This document shows, in pieces, positions 31,254 through 43,268 of a stretch of DNA of 64,000 nt. Origin of the DNA: Escherichia coli (lineage in GTDB: Bacteria; Pseudomonadota; Gammaproteobacteria; Enterobacterales; Enterobacteriaceae); assembly GCF_030013205.1 (NCBI RefSeq), contig NZ_CP122648.1; one strand, written 5' to 3'. Every line of letters starts with the position of its first letter. Position 1 is the stretch's first letter. The notes beneath the pieces are model-generated. The model searched no databases, was not told the origin of the DNA, and saw only the letters and a list, made by a program, of their open reading frames with translations. Both the position numbers and the translations under genes were made by a program.

Positions 31254-32258
31254 ATGTCGATTAAGAAGCTCGAAGATGGTCGTTATTTGCTGGACATCAG
31301 GCCGAACGGACGCAAGGGAAAGCGCGTGCGTAAGGTATTTGACAAAAAATCGGTAGCGGTGGCCACTGAACGCTACATCATGGCGAACGCTGAAAAGCGG
31401 GAATATATACAGGGCTACCGTGATCGTCGAACGCTAAATGATTTGCTTGAGTTGTGGTGGATGTATCACGGCCAGCACAGGCGTAAGGCGGAAGAAGACC
31501 GAAAACAACTGCGCAACATAATCAATGAGCTTGGCGCTGATATGCAGGCTGTGGATCTTGATAAGCTGAAAATTATCGCGTGGCGTTCTCAAAAGATAGC
31601 TGATGGATTGAAACCGTCATCTGCTAACAGGTACATGAATCGGTTATCCGGAATGTTTACCGTGCTGAAAAAAATAGGTCTTTGGGATGCAGAACATCCA
31701 GTAAGGGGAATTTCTATTCTTTATGTATCTCCACGAGAAATGGCGTTCCTGTCACAGAAGGAAGTGGCGCTATTGCTCGATACACTGGAGGGCGACTACT
31801 GGCGTGTTGCGCTTTTGTGTTTAAGCACAGGGGCGCGCTGGAGTGAAGCTTGTAAGCTTCGTGGTGAACAGATAGTTCATAACCGTGTAACGTTTCTTGA
31901 AACCAAAAATGGCCGGAAGAGAACAGTGCCAATTTCGCAGGCAGTTTGTGAGGCGATCAAAACCAGAGAAACAGGCGGCTTGTTTGAGGTGAAGTACCGG
32001 GAATTCTGCCTGGCGCTGAAAAGAGTTAAGCCCGATTTACCAAAAGGCCAGGCTGCACATGTGCTGCGGCATACGTTCGCCAGCCATTTTGTGATGAACG
32101 GAGGAAACATTATTGCGCTTCAGAAGATTCTTGGTCACGCAACCATTCAGCAAACAATGGCATATGCGCATTTTGCACCGGATTACCTGCAGGATGCGGT
32201 GGCCCTTAATCCGCTGAAAGGTGGCGTAAGTGTCCACGCAGTGTCCACGGGGGATTAA
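31254..32258 (+). CDS. int: Tyrosine integrase (P2 Int-like)
   Basis: MSIKKLEDGRYLLDIRPNGRKGKRVRKVFDKKSVAVA... is close to the P2 Int N-terminus; C-terminal region has HxxR and a catalytic Tyr context; adjacent to attR. Confidence 0.9.
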   Translation: MSIKKLEDGRYLLDIRPNGRKGKRVRKVFDKKSVAVATERYIMANAEKREYIQGYRDRRTLNDLLELWWMYHGQHRRKAEEDRKQLRNIINELGADMQAVDLDKLKIIAWRSQKIADGLKPSSANRYMNRLSGMFTVLKKIGLWDAEHPVRGISILYVSPREMAFLSQKEVALLLDTLEGDYWRVALLCLSTGARWSEACKLRGEQIVHNRVTFLETKNGRKRTVPISQAVCEAIKTRETGGLFEVKYREFCLALKRVKPDLPKGQAAHVLRHTFASHFVMNGGNIIALQKILGHATIQQTMAYAHFAPDYLQDAVALNPLKGGVSVHAVSTGD

Positions 32259-32416
32259 TTTTATATAGCCTGAAACGGCTTAAAGGGCGATACTGAATAA
32301 CAATTTTTCAGTATTGCCCGTCTAAATGGTTATGTTGTTATCTGTATGATTATTAATGTTTTTTCAGATTAAACAGCAGTTTGCAAATGGGCGTTTGTTG
32401 ATAAAGGAGCCTTAGA

Positions 32417-33574
32417 TTGTCAGAGACTGAAAAAGGGTTAAAAATCCTTGTTGATGAAAATATGCCTTATGCCCGCGACTTATTTAGCCGTTTGGGTGAG
32501 GTGACCGCGGTTCCCGGGCGTCCAATCCCCGTGGCTCAACTGGCAGACGCGGATGCGCTGATGGTGCGTTCGGTCACGAAAGTGAATGAATCTTTGCTGG
32601 CAGGAAAACCCATTAAATTTGTTGGCACTGCCACCGCGGGGACCGACCATGTCGATGAAGCGTGGTTAAAGCAGGCGGGAATTGGTTTTTCCGCGGCACC
32701 AGGCTGTAATGCGATTGCGGTGGTGGAATATGTTTTCTCCTCACTGCTGATGCTTGCCGAACGCGATGGATTTTCACTGCGCGAGCGTACCGTGGGGATC
32801 GTGGGCGTTGGTAACGTTGGTCGGCGTTTACAGGCACGACTGGAAGCGTTAGGGATTAAAACCTTACTTTGCGATCCGCCTCGCGCCGACCGTGGGGATG
32901 AGGGTGATTTCCGCTCGCTGGATGAATTAGTTCAGCATGCGGATATTCTGACTTTCCATACGCCACTCTTTAAAGATGGTCCGTACAAAACGCTACATCT
33001 GGCGGATGAAAAACTGATCCGTAGCCTGAAGCCCGGAGCGATTCTGATTAACGCCTGCCGTGGCGCAGTCGTCGATAATACTGCCCTATTGACCTGTCTG
33101 AACGAAGGCCAGAAGTTAAGCGTAGTGCTGGATGTCTGGGAAGGCGAACCGGAACTCAACGTGGAATTGCTGAAAAAAGTGGATATCGGCACGCCGCATA
33201 TCGCAGGCTATACCCTGGAAGGTAAAGCACGCGGTACTACGCAAGTGTTTGAAGCCTATAGCAAGTTTATTGGGCATGAACAACACGTTGCGCTGGATAC
33301 GTTGCTGCCCGCGCCAGAGTTTGGCCGCATTACGCTGCATGGTCCGCTCGATCAACCGACGCTGAAAAGGCTGGTGCATTTGGTGTATGATGTGCGCCGC
33401 GATGACGCACCGCTGCGTAAAGTCGCCGGAATACCGGGTGAGTTCGATAAGCTGCGCAAAAACTATCTTGAGCGCCGTGAATGGTCATCTCTGTATGTGA
33501 TTTGTGATGACGCCAGTGCGGCATCATTGCTGTGTAAACTGGGTTTTAACGCCGTTCATCATCCGGCACGTTAA
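32417..33574 (+). CDS. pdxB: Erythronate-4-phosphate dehydrogenase with phage-supplied 5' end
   Basis: Body matches PdxB ([15 protein letters not shown]...); here the reading frame starts at TTG 32417 behind an AAAGGAG Shine-Dalgarno in phage DNA, giving MSETEKGL + KILVDEN... Confidence 0.85.
   Translation: MSETEKGLKILVDENMPYARDLFSRLGEVTAVPGRPIPVAQLADADALMVRSVTKVNESLLAGKPIKFVGTATAGTDHVDEAWLKQAGIGFSAAPGCNAIAVVEYVFSSLLMLAERDGFSLRERTVGIVGVGNVGRRLQARLEALGIKTLLCDPPRADRGDEGDFRSLDELVQHADILTFHTPLFKDGPYKTLHLADEKLIRSLKPGAILINACRGAVVDNTALLTCLNEGQKLSVVLDVWEGEPELNVELLKKVDIGTPHIAGYTLEGKARGTTQVFEAYSKFIGHEQHVALDTLLPAPEFGRITLHGPLDQPTLKRLVHLVYDVRRDDAPLRKVAGIPGEFDKLRKNYLERREWSSLYVICDDASAASLLCKLGFNAVHHPAR
32441..32460. 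repeat. attR core: right copy of the 20-bp direct repeat, inside the pdxB 5' coding region
   Basis: AAAATCCTTGTTGATGAAAA identical to 5298..5317. Confidence 0.7.
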
Positions 33575-33639
33575 TCTCTTCTTCATGCTCTCTGCTGTAA
33601 TATTGGCAGGGAGCTTTGCTATTTCTGGAGTAAACCACC

Positions 33640-34653
33640 ATGTCTGAAGGCTGGAACATTGCCGTCCTGGGCGCAACTGGCGCTGTGGGCGAAGCCCTGC
33701 TTGAAACGCTGGCTGAACGTCAGTTCCCGGTTGGGGAAATTTATGCACTGGCACGTAACGAAAGCGCAGGCGAACAACTGCGCTTTGGTGGTAAGACAAT
33801 CACCGTGCAGGATGCCGCTGAATTCGACTGGACGCAGGCACAGCTGGCGTTTTTTGTCGCAGGCAAAGAAGCTACCGCTGCCTGGGTTGAAGAAGCGACC
33901 AACTCAGGTTGCCTGGTGGTCGATAGCAGCGGATTGTTTGCTCTCGAACCTGACGTACCGCTGGTGGTGCCGGAAGTAAACCCGTTTGTACTGACCGATT
34001 ACCGCAACCGGAATGTCATCGCCGTACCGGACAGTCTGACCAGCCAACTGCTGGCGGCACTGAAACCGTTAATCGATCAGGGCGGTTTGTCGCGTATCAG
34101 CGTTACCAGCCTGATTTCAGCCTCCGCCCAGGGCAAAAAAGCGGTCGATGCGTTAGCGGGGCAGAGTGCGAAATTGCTCAACGGCATTCCGATTGATGAA
34201 GAAGATTTCTTCGGGCGTCAGCTGGCGTTCAACATGCTGCCGTTACTGCCGGATAGCGAAGGTAGCGTGCGTGAAGAACGTCGTATCGTTGACGAAGTAC
34301 GCAAAATCCTGCAGGACGAAGGGCTGATGATTTCGGCAAGCGTCGTCCAGGCACCGGTATTCTACGGTCATGCCCAGATGGTCAACTTTGAAGCTCTGCG
34401 TCCGCTGGCGGCAGAAGAAGCGCGTGATGCGTTTGCTCAGGGCGAAGATATTGTGCTCTCTGAAGAGAACGAATTTCCGACTCAGGTGGGGGATGCTTCT
34501 GGTACGCCGCATCTTTCCGTTGGCTGCGTACGTAATGACTACGGTATGCCGGAGCAAGTTCAGTTCTGGTCGGTGGCCGATAACGTTCGCTTTGGCGGCG
34601 CGCTGATGGCAGTAAAAATCGCCGAGAAACTGGTGCAGGAGTATCTGTACTAA
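33640..34653 (+). CDS. usg: USG-1 protein (aspartate-semialdehyde dehydrogenase paralogue)
   Basis: 337 aa, Rossmann N-terminus VLGATGAVG; position between pdxB and truA. Confidence 0.85.
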   Translation: MSEGWNIAVLGATGAVGEALLETLAERQFPVGEIYALARNESAGEQLRFGGKTITVQDAAEFDWTQAQLAFFVAGKEATAAWVEEATNSGCLVVDSSGLFALEPDVPLVVPEVNPFVLTDYRNRNVIAVPDSLTSQLLAALKPLIDQGGLSRISVTSLISASAQGKKAVDALAGQSAKLLNGIPIDEEDFFGRQLAFNMLPLLPDSEGSVREERRIVDEVRKILQDEGLMISASVVQAPVFYGHAQMVNFEALRPLAAEEARDAFAQGEDIVLSEENEFPTQVGDASGTPHLSVGCVRNDYGMPEQVQFWSVADNVRFGGALMAVKIAEKLVQEYLY

Positions 34654-35465
34654 TGTCCGACCAGCAACAACCGCCAGTTTATAAAATTGCGCTGGGCATT
34701 GAGTACGACGGCAGTAAGTATTACGGCTGGCAACGGCAGAACGAAGTCCGCAGTGTGCAGGAGAAGCTGGAAAAGGCGCTCTCCCAGGTGGCGAACGAAC
34801 CGATCACCGTCTTCTGCGCCGGGCGTACTGACGCAGGTGTACACGGCACCGGGCAGGTTGTGCATTTCGAAACGACCGCGCAGCGCAAAGACGCTGCGTG
34901 GACGTTGGGCGTAAATGCGAATTTACCTGGTGACATCGCCGTGCGTTGGGTTAAAGCTGTACCTGATGATTTTCATGCCCGATTTAGCGCCACGGCTCGC
35001 CGTTATCGCTACATCATCTACAATCATCGGCTGCGCCCGGCGGTACTGAGTAAAGGGGTAACCCATTTTTACGAACCGCTGGACGCTGAACGGATGCATC
35101 GGGCCGCGCAATGCTTGCTGGGCGAGAATGATTTCACCTCGTTCCGTGCGGTGCAGTGCCAGTCCCGAACCCCGTGGCGCAACGTTATGCATATTAATGT
35201 CACGCGTCACGGTCCTTATGTGGTGGTAGATATCAAAGCGAATGCCTTTGTACATCATATGGTCAGGAATATTGTCGGCAGCCTGATGGAAGTCGGTGCC
35301 CACAACCAGCCGGAGAGCTGGATAGCAGAGTTGCTGGCGGCAAAGGACAGAACGCTGGCGGCAGCAACGGCAAAAGCGGAAGGGCTGTATCTGGTCGCGG
35401 TGGATTACCCTGACCGGTATGATCTTCCAAAACCGCCAATGGGCCCGCTATTTCTGGCGGACTAA
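34653..35465 (+). CDS. truA: tRNA pseudouridine(38-40) synthase
   Basis: 270 aa; ...[11 protein letters not shown]... catalytic Asp motif. Confidence 0.9.
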   Translation: MSDQQQPPVYKIALGIEYDGSKYYGWQRQNEVRSVQEKLEKALSQVANEPITVFCAGRTDAGVHGTGQVVHFETTAQRKDAAWTLGVNANLPGDIAVRWVKAVPDDFHARFSATARRYRYIIYNHRLRPAVLSKGVTHFYEPLDAERMHRAAQCLLGENDFTSFRAVQCQSRTPWRNVMHINVTRHGPYVVVDIKANAFVHHMVRNIVGSLMEVGAHNQPESWIAELLAAKDRTLAAATAKAEGLYLVAVDYPDRYDLPKPPMGPLFLAD

Positions 35466-35547
35466 CAAGAATAATGCTCGGAACATTTCAGGCTGTAGCC
35501 AACGTAGTTACAGCCTGAAAGATGACGAGTACAAGGCATAGGCTAAT

Positions 35548-36207
35548 ATGGACCTGATTTATTTCCTCATCGATTTTATCCTGCACATTGACGTGCATCT
35601 GGCAGAACTGGTCGCGGAGTATGGCGTCTGGGTTTATGCCATTTTGTTCTTAATTTTGTTCTGTGAAACCGGTCTGGTGGTAACGCCGTTTTTACCGGGT
35701 GATTCATTGCTGTTTGTTGCCGGTGCGTTGGCATCACTGGAAACCAACGATCTCAACGTCCATATGATGGTGGTGCTGATGCTGATCGCCGCGATTGTGG
35801 GTGACGCGGTGAACTACACCATTGGACGGTTATTTGGTGACAAACTGTTCAGTAATCCGGATTCGAAAATCTTTCGTCGCAGTTATCTTGATAAGACTCA
35901 TCAGTTTTACGAGAAACATGGCGGCAAAACGATTATTCTCGCCCGTTTTGTGCCGATCGTCAGAACGTTCGCGCCGTTCGTTGCGGGAATGGGCCACATG
36001 TCGTATCGTCATTTCGCCGCTTTTAACGTCATCGGCGCGTTGCTATGGGTACTGATTTTTACCTACGCGGGTTATTTCTTCGGAACGCTCCCCTTCATTC
36101 AGAGCAACCTTAAACTGATGATTGTTGGCATTATTTTTGTTTCAATATTGCCAGGTGTTTTCGAATTTATTCGCCACAAACGCGCTGCGGCACGCGCCGC
36201 AAAATAA
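35548..36207 (+). CDS. dedA: DedA-family inner membrane protein
   Basis: 219-aa hydrophobic ORF in conserved context. Confidence 0.85.
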   Translation: MDLIYFLIDFILHIDVHLAELVAEYGVWVYAILFLILFCETGLVVTPFLPGDSLLFVAGALASLETNDLNVHMMVVLMLIAAIVGDAVNYTIGRLFGDKLFSNPDSKIFRRSYLDKTHQFYEKHGGKTIILARFVPIVRTFAPFVAGMGHMSYRHFAAFNVIGALLWVLIFTYAGYFFGTLPFIQSNLKLMIVGIIFVSILPGVFEFIRHKRAAARAAK

Positions 36208-36362
36208 AAAGTAACTCCGCGGTTCGACCACTTTTTTATCCAAAGTTTCGGGCTGTTATGTTTTAATGTGCAACATTCATGGTCTGTTGGGGGCAAAAAT
36301 GGCATTATGCGTCCCCAAAGATAAAACTGGCATCGAACCAGGTTCAGACAGAAAGGTCCCTA

Positions 36363-37277
36363 ATGAGCTGGATTGAACGAATTAAAAGCAACATTACTCC
36401 CACCCGCAAGGCGAGCATTCCTGAAGGGGTGTGGACTAAGTGTGATAGCTGCGGTCAGGTTTTATACCGCGCTGAGCTGGAACGTAATCTTGAGGTCTGT
36501 CCGAAGTGTGACCATCACATGCGTATGACAGCGCGTAATCGCCTGCATAGCCTGTTAGATGAAGGAAGCCTTGTGGAGCTGGGTAGCGAGCTTGAGCCGA
36601 AAGATGTGCTGAAGTTTCGTGACTCCAAGAAGTATAAAGACCGTCTGGCATCTGCGCAGAAAGAAACCGGCGAAAAAGATGCGCTGGTGGTGATGAAAGG
36701 CACCCTGTATGGAATGCCAGTTGTCGCTGCGGCATTCGAGTTCGCCTTTATGGGCGGTTCCATGGGGTCTGTGGTAGGTGCACGTTTCGTGCGTGCCGTT
36801 GAGCAGGCGCTGGAAGATAACTGCCCACTGATCTGCTTCTCCGCCTCTGGTGGCGCACGTATGCAGGAAGCACTGATGTCGCTGATGCAGATGGCGAAAA
36901 CCTCTGCGGCGCTGGCAAAAATGCAGGAGCGCGGCTTGCCGTACATCTCCGTGCTGACCGACCCGACCATGGGTGGTGTTTCTGCAAGTTTCGCCATGCT
37001 GGGCGATCTCAACATCGCTGAACCGAAAGCGTTAATCGGCTTTGCCGGTCCGCGTGTTATCGAACAGACCGTTCGCGAAAAACTGCCGCCAGGATTCCAG
37101 CGCAGTGAATTCCTGATCGAGAAGGGCGCGATCGACATGATCGTCCGTCGTCCGGAAATGCGCCTGAAACTGGCGAGTATTCTGGCGAAGTTGATGAATC
37201 TGCCAGCGCCGAATCCTGAAGCGCCGCGTGAAGGCGTAGTGGTGCCACCGGTACCAGATCAGGAACCTGAGGCCTGA
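36363..37277 (+). CDS. accD: Acetyl-CoA carboxylase carboxyltransferase beta subunit
   Basis: From [13 protein letters not shown]..., with the zinc-ribbon CDSCGQ...CPKCDHH; ORF track start 36279 is an upstream extension. Confidence 0.9.
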
Positions 37278-37346
37278 TAACTGATAAGGGCAGGGCCACT
37301 GGCTCTGCCCTTTTGCTATTCTCACCGTAACGAATCAGCGGATACC

Positions 37347-38615
37347 ATGATTATCAAACGCACTCCTCAAGCCGCGTCGCCTCTGGCTTCGTGGCTTTCT
37401 TATCTGGAAAACCTGCACAGTAAAACTATCGATCTCGGCCTTGAGCGCGTGAGCCAGGTCGCGGCGCGTCTTGGCGTCCTGAAACCTGCGCCATTTGTGT
37501 TTACCGTTGCGGGTACGAATGGCAAAGGCACCACCTGCCGTACGCTGGAGTCGATTCTGATGGCGGCAGGGTACAAAGTGGGCGTCTACAGTTCACCGCA
37601 TCTGGTGCGTTATACCGAGCGCGTACGTGTGCAGGGTCAGGAATTGCCGGAATCGGCCCACACCGCCTCTTTTGCGGAGATTGAATCGGCACGCGGTGAT
37701 ATTTCCCTGACCTATTTCGAGTACGGTACGCTGTCGGCGTTGTGGCTGTTCAAGCAGGCACAACTTGACGTGGTGATTCTGGAAGTAGGGCTGGGCGGTC
37801 GTCTGGACGCAACCAATATTGTCGATGCCGATGTCGCGGTAGTAACCAGCATTGCGCTGGATCATACCGACTGGCTGGGGCCAGATCGCGAAAGCATTGG
37901 TCGCGAGAAAGCAGGCATCTTCCGCAGCGAAAAACCGGCAATTGTCGGTGAGCCGGAAATGCCTTCTACCATTGCTGATGTGGCGCAGGAAAAAAGTGCA
38001 CTGTTACAACGTCGGGGCGTTGAGTGGAACTATTCCGCCACCGATCATGACTGGGCGTTTAGCGATGCTCACGGCACGCTGGAAAATCTGCCGTTGCCGC
38101 TTGTCCCGCAACCGAATGCCGCAACGGCGCTGGCGGCACTGCGTGCCAGCGGGCTGGAGGTCAGTGAAAATGCCATTCGCGACGGGATTGCCAGCGCAAT
38201 TTTGCCGGGACGTTTCCAGATTGTGAGCGAGTCGCCACGTGTTATTTTTGATGTCGCGCATAATCCACATGCGGCGGAATATCTCACCGGGCGTATGAAA
38301 GCGCTACCGAAAAACGGGCGCGTGCTGGCGGTTATCGGTATGCTACATGATAAAGATATTGCCGGAACTCTGGCCTGGTTGAAAAGCGTGGTTGATGACT
38401 GGTATTGTGCGCCACTGGAAGGGCCGCGCGGTGCCACGGCAGAACAACTGCTTGAGCATTTGGGTAACGGCAAATCATTTGATAGCGTGGCGCAGGCATG
38501 GGATGCCGCAATGGCGGACGCTAAAGCGGAAGATACCGTGCTGGTGTGTGGTTCGTTCCACACGGTCGCACATGTCATGGAAGTGATTGACGCGAGGAGA
38601 AGCGGTGGCAAGTAA
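37347..38615 (+). CDS. folC: Folylpolyglutamate synthase / dihydrofolate synthase
   Basis: 422 aa; P-loop-like TVAGTNGKGTT. Confidence 0.9.
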   Translation: MIIKRTPQAASPLASWLSYLENLHSKTIDLGLERVSQVAARLGVLKPAPFVFTVAGTNGKGTTCRTLESILMAAGYKVGVYSSPHLVRYTERVRVQGQELPESAHTASFAEIESARGDISLTYFEYGTLSALWLFKQAQLDVVILEVGLGGRLDATNIVDADVAVVTSIALDHTDWLGPDRESIGREKAGIFRSEKPAIVGEPEMPSTIADVAQEKSALLQRRGVEWNYSATDHDWAFSDAHGTLENLPLPLVPQPNAATALAALRASGLEVSENAIRDGIASAILPGRFQIVSESPRVIFDVAHNPHAAEYLTGRMKALPKNGRVLAVIGMLHDKDIAGTLAWLKSVVDDWYCAPLEGPRGATAEQLLEHLGNGKSFDSVAQAWDAAMADAKAEDTVLVCGSFHTVAHVMEVIDARRSGGK

Positions 38616-39255
38616 GTTTCAGAATCGGTTAGTGGGCACGATCGTGCTGGTGGCGCTGGGGGTGATTGTACTTCCAGGGCTGCTGGACGGGCAGAAAAAA
38701 CATTATCAGGATGAGTTCGCGGCTATCCCGCTGGTGCCAAAAGCGGGCGATCGCGATGAGCCTGATATGATGCCAGCCGCCACCCAAGCGCTGCCGACGC
38801 AGCCGCCGGAAGGCGCAGCGGAAGAGGTGCGGGCAGGTGATGCCGCAGCACCGTCGCTCGATCCGGCCACTATTGCAGCCAATAACACCGAGTTTGAACC
38901 GGAACCTGCACCGGTCGTCCCACCGAAGCCGAAACCGGTAGAGCCGCCGAAACCGAAGGTTGAAGCACCACCTGCGCCGAAGCCGGTCGTGGAAGAAAAA
39001 GCAGCGCCAACGGGTAAAGCCTATGTTGTACAACTGGGCGCACTGAAAAATGCCGATAAAGTGAATGAGATTGTCGGTAAGCTGCGCGGTGCCGGTTATC
39101 GGGTTTATACGTCGCCATCCACGCCAGTGCAGGGTAAAATTACTCGTATTCTGGTTGGGCCAGATGCCTCGAAAGATAAGCTGAAAGGTTCGCTGGGTGA
39201 GTTGAAGCAACTTTCTGGCTTAAGTGGCGTGGTAATGGGTTATACGCCGAATTAA
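38605..39255 (+). CDS. dedD: Cell division protein DedD (SPOR domain)
   Basis: GTG start with GAGGAG Shine-Dalgarno (VASKFQNRLVGTIVLVALG...); Pro/Ala-rich linker and C-terminal SPOR-like domain. Confidence 0.8.
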   Translation: MASKFQNRLVGTIVLVALGVIVLPGLLDGQKKHYQDEFAAIPLVPKAGDRDEPDMMPAATQALPTQPPEGAAEEVRAGDAAAPSLDPATIAANNTEFEPEPAPVVPPKPKPVEPPKPKVEAPPAPKPVVEEKAAPTGKAYVVQLGALKNADKVNEIVGKLRGAGYRVYTSPSTPVQGKITRILVGPDASKDKLKGSLGELKQLSGLSGVVMGYTPN

Positions 39256-39261
39256 TACGGT

Positions 39262-39375
39262 CTTATCTGATGCGACGCTGGCGCGTCTTATCAGTCCTAC
39301 GCAGGAGTAGAAACGTAGGTCGGATAAGGCGTTTACGCCGCATCCGACACGCATTGCCCGATGCCGCAAAGGCAT
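39262..39375. repeat. REP/BIME-type palindromic repeat cluster after dedD
   Basis: Several REP-like units (gcgacgctggcgcgtc; gtaggtcggataaggcgtttacgccgcatccgac). Confidence 0.5.
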
Positions 39376-39513
39376 AAAAAGTCGATGGCGTTGAATATTT
39401 TTTCAGCGCCATTTTTATTGATGCGTGGGAAGGAAATCCCTACGCAAACGTTTTCTTTTTCTGTTAGAATGCGCCCCGAACAGGATGACAGGGCGTAAAA
39501 TCGTGGGACACAT

Positions 39514-40002
39514 ATGGTCTGGATTGATTACGCCATAATCGCGGTGATTGCTTTTTCCTCTCTGGTTAGCCTGATCCGCGGCTTTGTTCGTGAAGCGTTA
39601 TCGCTGGTGACATGGGGTTGTGCTTTCTTTGTTGCCAGTCATTACTACACTTACCTGTCAGTCTGGTTTACGGGCTTTGAAGACGAACTGGTTCGAAATG
39701 GGATTGCCATCGCGGTACTGTTTATCGCTACCCTGATCGTTGGTGCTATCGTGAACTTCGTGATAGGCCAGTTGGTGGAGAAAACGGGGTTGTCAGGCAC
39801 CGATCGGGTGCTGGGCGTCTGTTTCGGTGCGTTGCGCGGTGTGTTGATTGTTGCCGCCATTCTCTTCTTTCTCGACTCCTTTACCGGGGTGTCGAAAAGC
39901 GAAGACTGGAGCAAATCACAGCTGATCCCGCAGTTCAGTTTTATCATCAGATGGTTTTTTGATTATCTGCAAAGCTCGTCAAGTTTCTTGCCCAGAGCGT
40001 AA
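39514..40002 (+). CDS. cvpA: Colicin V production membrane protein
   Basis: 162-aa hydrophobic ORF preceding purF. Confidence 0.85.
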   Translation: MVWIDYAIIAVIAFSSLVSLIRGFVREALSLVTWGCAFFVASHYYTYLSVWFTGFEDELVRNGIAIAVLFIATLIVGAIVNFVIGQLVEKTGLSGTDRVLGVCFGALRGVLIVAAILFFLDSFTGVSKSEDWSKSQLIPQFSFIIRWFFDYLQSSSSFLPRA

Positions 40003-40038
40003 GTGCTCTGAGATGTGGCTTAACGAGGAAAAAGACGT

Positions 40039-41556
40039 ATGTGCGGTATTGTCGGTATCGCCGGTGTTATGCCGGTTAACCAGTCGATTTATGATGCCTT
40101 AACGGTGCTTCAGCATCGCGGTCAGGATGCCGCCGGCATCATCACCATAGATGCCAATAACTGCTTCCGTTTGCGTAAAGCGAACGGGCTGGTGAGCGAT
40201 GTATTTGAAGCTCGCCATATGCAGCGTTTGCAGGGCAATATGGGCATTGGTCATGTGCGTTACCCTACGGCTGGCAGCTCCAGCGCCTCTGAAGCGCAGC
40301 CGTTTTACGTTAACTCTCCGTATGGCATTACGCTTGCCCACAACGGCAATCTGACCAACGCTCACGAGTTGCGTAAAAAACTGTTTGAAGAAAAACGCCG
40401 CCACATCAATACCACTTCCGACTCGGAGATTCTGCTTAATATCTTCGCCAGCGAGCTGGACAACTTCCGCCACTACCCGCTGGAAGCCGACAATATTTTC
40501 GCTGCCATTGCTGCCACAAACCGCTTAATCCGCGGCGCGTATGCCTGTGTGGCGATGATTATCGGCCACGGTATGGTTGCTTTCCGCGATCCTAACGGTA
40601 TTCGTCCGCTGGTACTGGGAAAACGTGATATTGACGAGAACCGCACAGAATATATGGTCGCTTCCGAAAGCGTTGCGCTCGATACACTAGGCTTTGATTT
40701 CCTGCGTGACGTCGCGCCGGGCGAAGCGATTTACATCACTGAAGAAGGGCAGTTGTTTACCCGTCAATGTGCTGACAATCCGGTCAGCAATCCGTGCCTG
40801 TTTGAGTATGTATACTTTGCTCGCCCGGACTCGTTCATCGACAAAATTTCCGTTTACAGCGCGCGTGTGAATATGGGCACGAAGCTGGGCGAGAAAATTG
40901 CCCGCGAATGGGAAGATCTGGATATCGACGTGGTGATCCCGATCCCGGAAACCTCGTGTGATATCGCGCTGGAAATTGCTCGTATTCTGGGCAAACCGTA
41001 CCGTCAGGGCTTCGTTAAAAACCGCTATGTAGGCCGTACCTTCATCATGCCGGGTCAGCAACTGCGTCGTAAGTCCGTGCGCCGTAAACTGAACGCCAAC
41101 CGCGCCGAGTTCCGCGATAAAAACGTCCTGCTGGTCGACGACTCCATCGTCCGTGGCACCACTTCTGAGCAGATTATCGAGATGGCACGCGAAGCCGGAG
41201 CGAAGAAAGTGTACCTCGCTTCTGCGGCACCGAAGATTCGCTTCCCGAACGTTTACGGTATCGATATGCCGAGCGCTACGGAGCTTATCGCTCACGGTCG
41301 CGAAGTAGATGAAATTCGCCAGATCATCGGTGCTGACGGGTTGATTTTCCAGGATCTGAACGATCTGATCGAAGCCGTTCGCGCTGAAAACCCGGATATT
41401 CAGCAGTTTGAGTGTTCGGTGTTCAACGGCGTCTACGTCACCAAAGATGTTGATCAGGGCTACCTCGATTTCCTCGATACGTTACGTAATGATGACGCCA
41501 AAGCAGTGCAACGTCAGAACGAAGTGGAAAATCTCGAAATGCATAACGAAGGATGA
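40039..41556 (+). CDS. purF: Amidophosphoribosyltransferase
   Basis: 505 aa starting MCGIVGI (N-terminal nucleophile Cys) with a PRPP-binding motif. Confidence 0.95.
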   Translation: MCGIVGIAGVMPVNQSIYDALTVLQHRGQDAAGIITIDANNCFRLRKANGLVSDVFEARHMQRLQGNMGIGHVRYPTAGSSSASEAQPFYVNSPYGITLAHNGNLTNAHELRKKLFEEKRRHINTTSDSEILLNIFASELDNFRHYPLEADNIFAAIAATNRLIRGAYACVAMIIGHGMVAFRDPNGIRPLVLGKRDIDENRTEYMVASESVALDTLGFDFLRDVAPGEAIYITEEGQLFTRQCADNPVSNPCLFEYVYFARPDSFIDKISVYSARVNMGTKLGEKIAREWEDLDIDVVIPIPETSCDIALEIARILGKPYRQGFVKNRYVGRTFIMPGQQLRRKSVRRKLNANRAEFRDKNVLLVDDSIVRGTTSEQIIEMAREAGAKKVYLASAAPKIRFPNVYGIDMPSATELIAHGREVDEIRQIIGADGLIFQDLNDLIEAVRAENPDIQQFECSVFNGVYVTKDVDQGYLDFLDTLRNDDAKAVQRQNEVENLEMHNEG

Positions 41557-41650
41557 TGCCTTCGCTCAGGGTGCCGGTCTGGCACCCTGACTTGCAACTC
41601 CCGCCGAAATCCTGCAAAGTCTGCCTGCAAGTCTGACAGGGCAACTATTT

Positions 41651-42220
41651 ATGAAACGACTCATTGTAGGCATCAGCGGTGCCAGCGGCGCGATTTATGG
41701 CGTGCGCTTATTACAGGTTCTGCGCGATGTCGCAGATGTTGAAACGCATTTGGTGATGAGCCAGGCCGCGCGCCAGACCTTATCCCTCGAAACGGATTTT
41801 TCCCTGCGCGAAGTGCAGGCATTAGCCGATGTGACGCACGATGCGCGCGATATTGCTGCCAGCATTTCTTCCGGTTCTTTCCAGACACTGGGGATGGTGA
41901 TTTTACCCTGTTCAATCAAAACCCTGTCCGGCATTGTCCATAGCTATACTGATGGCTTACTGACCCGTGCGGCAGATGTGGTGCTGAAAGAGCGTCGCCC
42001 GTTGGTGCTCTGCGTACGTGAAACACCATTGCACTTAGGCCATCTGCGTTTAATGACTCAGGCAGCAGAAATCGGTGCGGTGATTATGCCTCCCGTTCCG
42101 GCGTTTTATCATCGCCCGCAATCCCTTGATGATGTGATAAATCAGACGGTTAACCGTGTACTCGATCAATTCGCCATAACGCTTCCTGAAGATCTCTTTG
42201 CCCGCTGGCAGGGCGCATAA
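41651..42220 (+). CDS. ubiX: Flavin prenyltransferase UbiX
   Basis: 189-aa flavoprotein fold; conserved context. Confidence 0.9.
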   Translation: MKRLIVGISGASGAIYGVRLLQVLRDVADVETHLVMSQAARQTLSLETDFSLREVQALADVTHDARDIAASISSGSFQTLGMVILPCSIKTLSGIVHSYTDGLLTRAADVVLKERRPLVLCVRETPLHLGHLRLMTQAAEIGAVIMPPVPAFYHRPQSLDDVINQTVNRVLDQFAITLPEDLFARWQGA

Positions 42221-42485
42221 CTCCGCTGTTGCCCTGTTTCAGGGCAATTTTGCAACCGCGATCAAATCCTCGACATTTTGTTCCTTTCGATGAATCGAAA
42301 CGCTGCGATTCAACCGCCATACCTGCTATCTTCAACTTCAGGACAATAATGCAACGTCTTATTAACATGTTTAACGTTGAATGTTACTGCTGTCGTAAAG
42401 ATGGCATAAGACCTGCATGAAAGAGCCTGCAAACACACAACACAATACACAACATAAAAAAGCCATTTTCACTTGAGGGTTATGT

Positions 42486-43268
42486 ATGAAGAAGTCGATT
42501 CTCGCTCTGTCTTTGTTAGTCGGTCTCTCCGCAGCGGCTTCCAGCTATGCGGCGCTACCGGAGACGGTACGTATCGGAACTGATACCACCTATGCGCCGT
42601 TCTCATCGAAAGATGCCAAAGGTGACTTTGTTGGCTTTGATATCGATCTCGGTAACGAGATGTGCAAACGGATGCAGGTGAAATGTACCTGGGTTGCCAG
42701 TGACTTTGACGCGCTGATCCCCTCACTGAAAGCGAAAAAAATCGACGCCATTATTTCGTCGCTTTCCATTACCGATAAACGTCAGCAGGAGATTGCTTTC
42801 TCCGACAAGCTGTACGCCGCAGATTCTCGTTTGATTGCCGCCAAAGGTTCGCCGATTCAGCCAACGCTGGATTCACTGAAAGGTAAACATGTTGGTGTGC
42901 TGCAGGGATCAACCCAGGAAGCTTACGCTAACGAGACCTGGCGTAGCAAAGGTGTGGATGTGGTGGCCTATGCCAACCAGGATTTGGTCTATTCCGATCT
43001 GGCTGCAGGACGTCTGGATGCTGCGTTACAAGATGAAGTTGCTGCCAGCGAAGGATTCCTCAAGCAACCTGCTGGTAAAGACTTCGCCTTTGCTGGCTCA
43101 TCAGTGAAAGACAAAAAATACTTCGGTGACGGCACCGGTGTAGGGCTACGTAAAGATGATGCGGAACTGACGGCGGCGTTTAATAAGGCGCTTGGCGAGC
43201 TGCGTCAGGACGGCACCTACGACAAGATGGCGAAAAAGTATTTTGACTTTAATGTCTACGGTGACTGA
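42486..43268 (+). CDS. argT: Lysine/arginine/ornithine periplasmic binding protein
   Basis: 260 aa with signal peptide; paralogous to the downstream hisJ. Confidence 0.9.
   Translation: MKKSILALSLLVGLSAAASSYAALPETVRIGTDTTYAPFSSKDAKGDFVGFDIDLGNEMCKRMQVKCTWVASDFDALIPSLKAKKIDAIISSLSITDKRQQEIAFSDKLYAADSRLIAAKGSPIQPTLDSLKGKHVGVLQGSTQEAYANETWRSKGVDVVAYANQDLVYSDLAAGRLDAALQDEVAASEGFLKQPAGKDFAFAGSSVKDKKYFGDGTGVGLRKDDAELTAAFNKALGELRQDGTYDKMAKKYFDFNVYGD

Larger units (their letters stand above)
5318..32440. mobile_element. P2-like (Peduovirus-type) prophage, defective, integrated into the 5' end of pdxB
   Basis: Flanked by the 20-bp direct repeat; contains P2-type int, C, cox, A, Q, P, O, N', H', G, FI, FII, E/E', T, U, D and ogr homologues in P2-like order; integrase adjacent to attR. 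Confidence 0.85.

Noticed and set aside
32259-32416. Possible tRNA gene as integration target next to the integrase
   Set aside because: No cloverleaf-compatible sequence found by eye; the direct repeat shows integration into the pdxB coding start instead.
36515-37138. 207-aa minus-strand ORF antisense to accD
   Set aside because: Shadow ORF of accD.
38069-39210. Minus-strand ORFs (180 aa and 193 aa) antisense to folC and dedD
   Set aside because: Shadow ORFs in GC-rich coding sequence.
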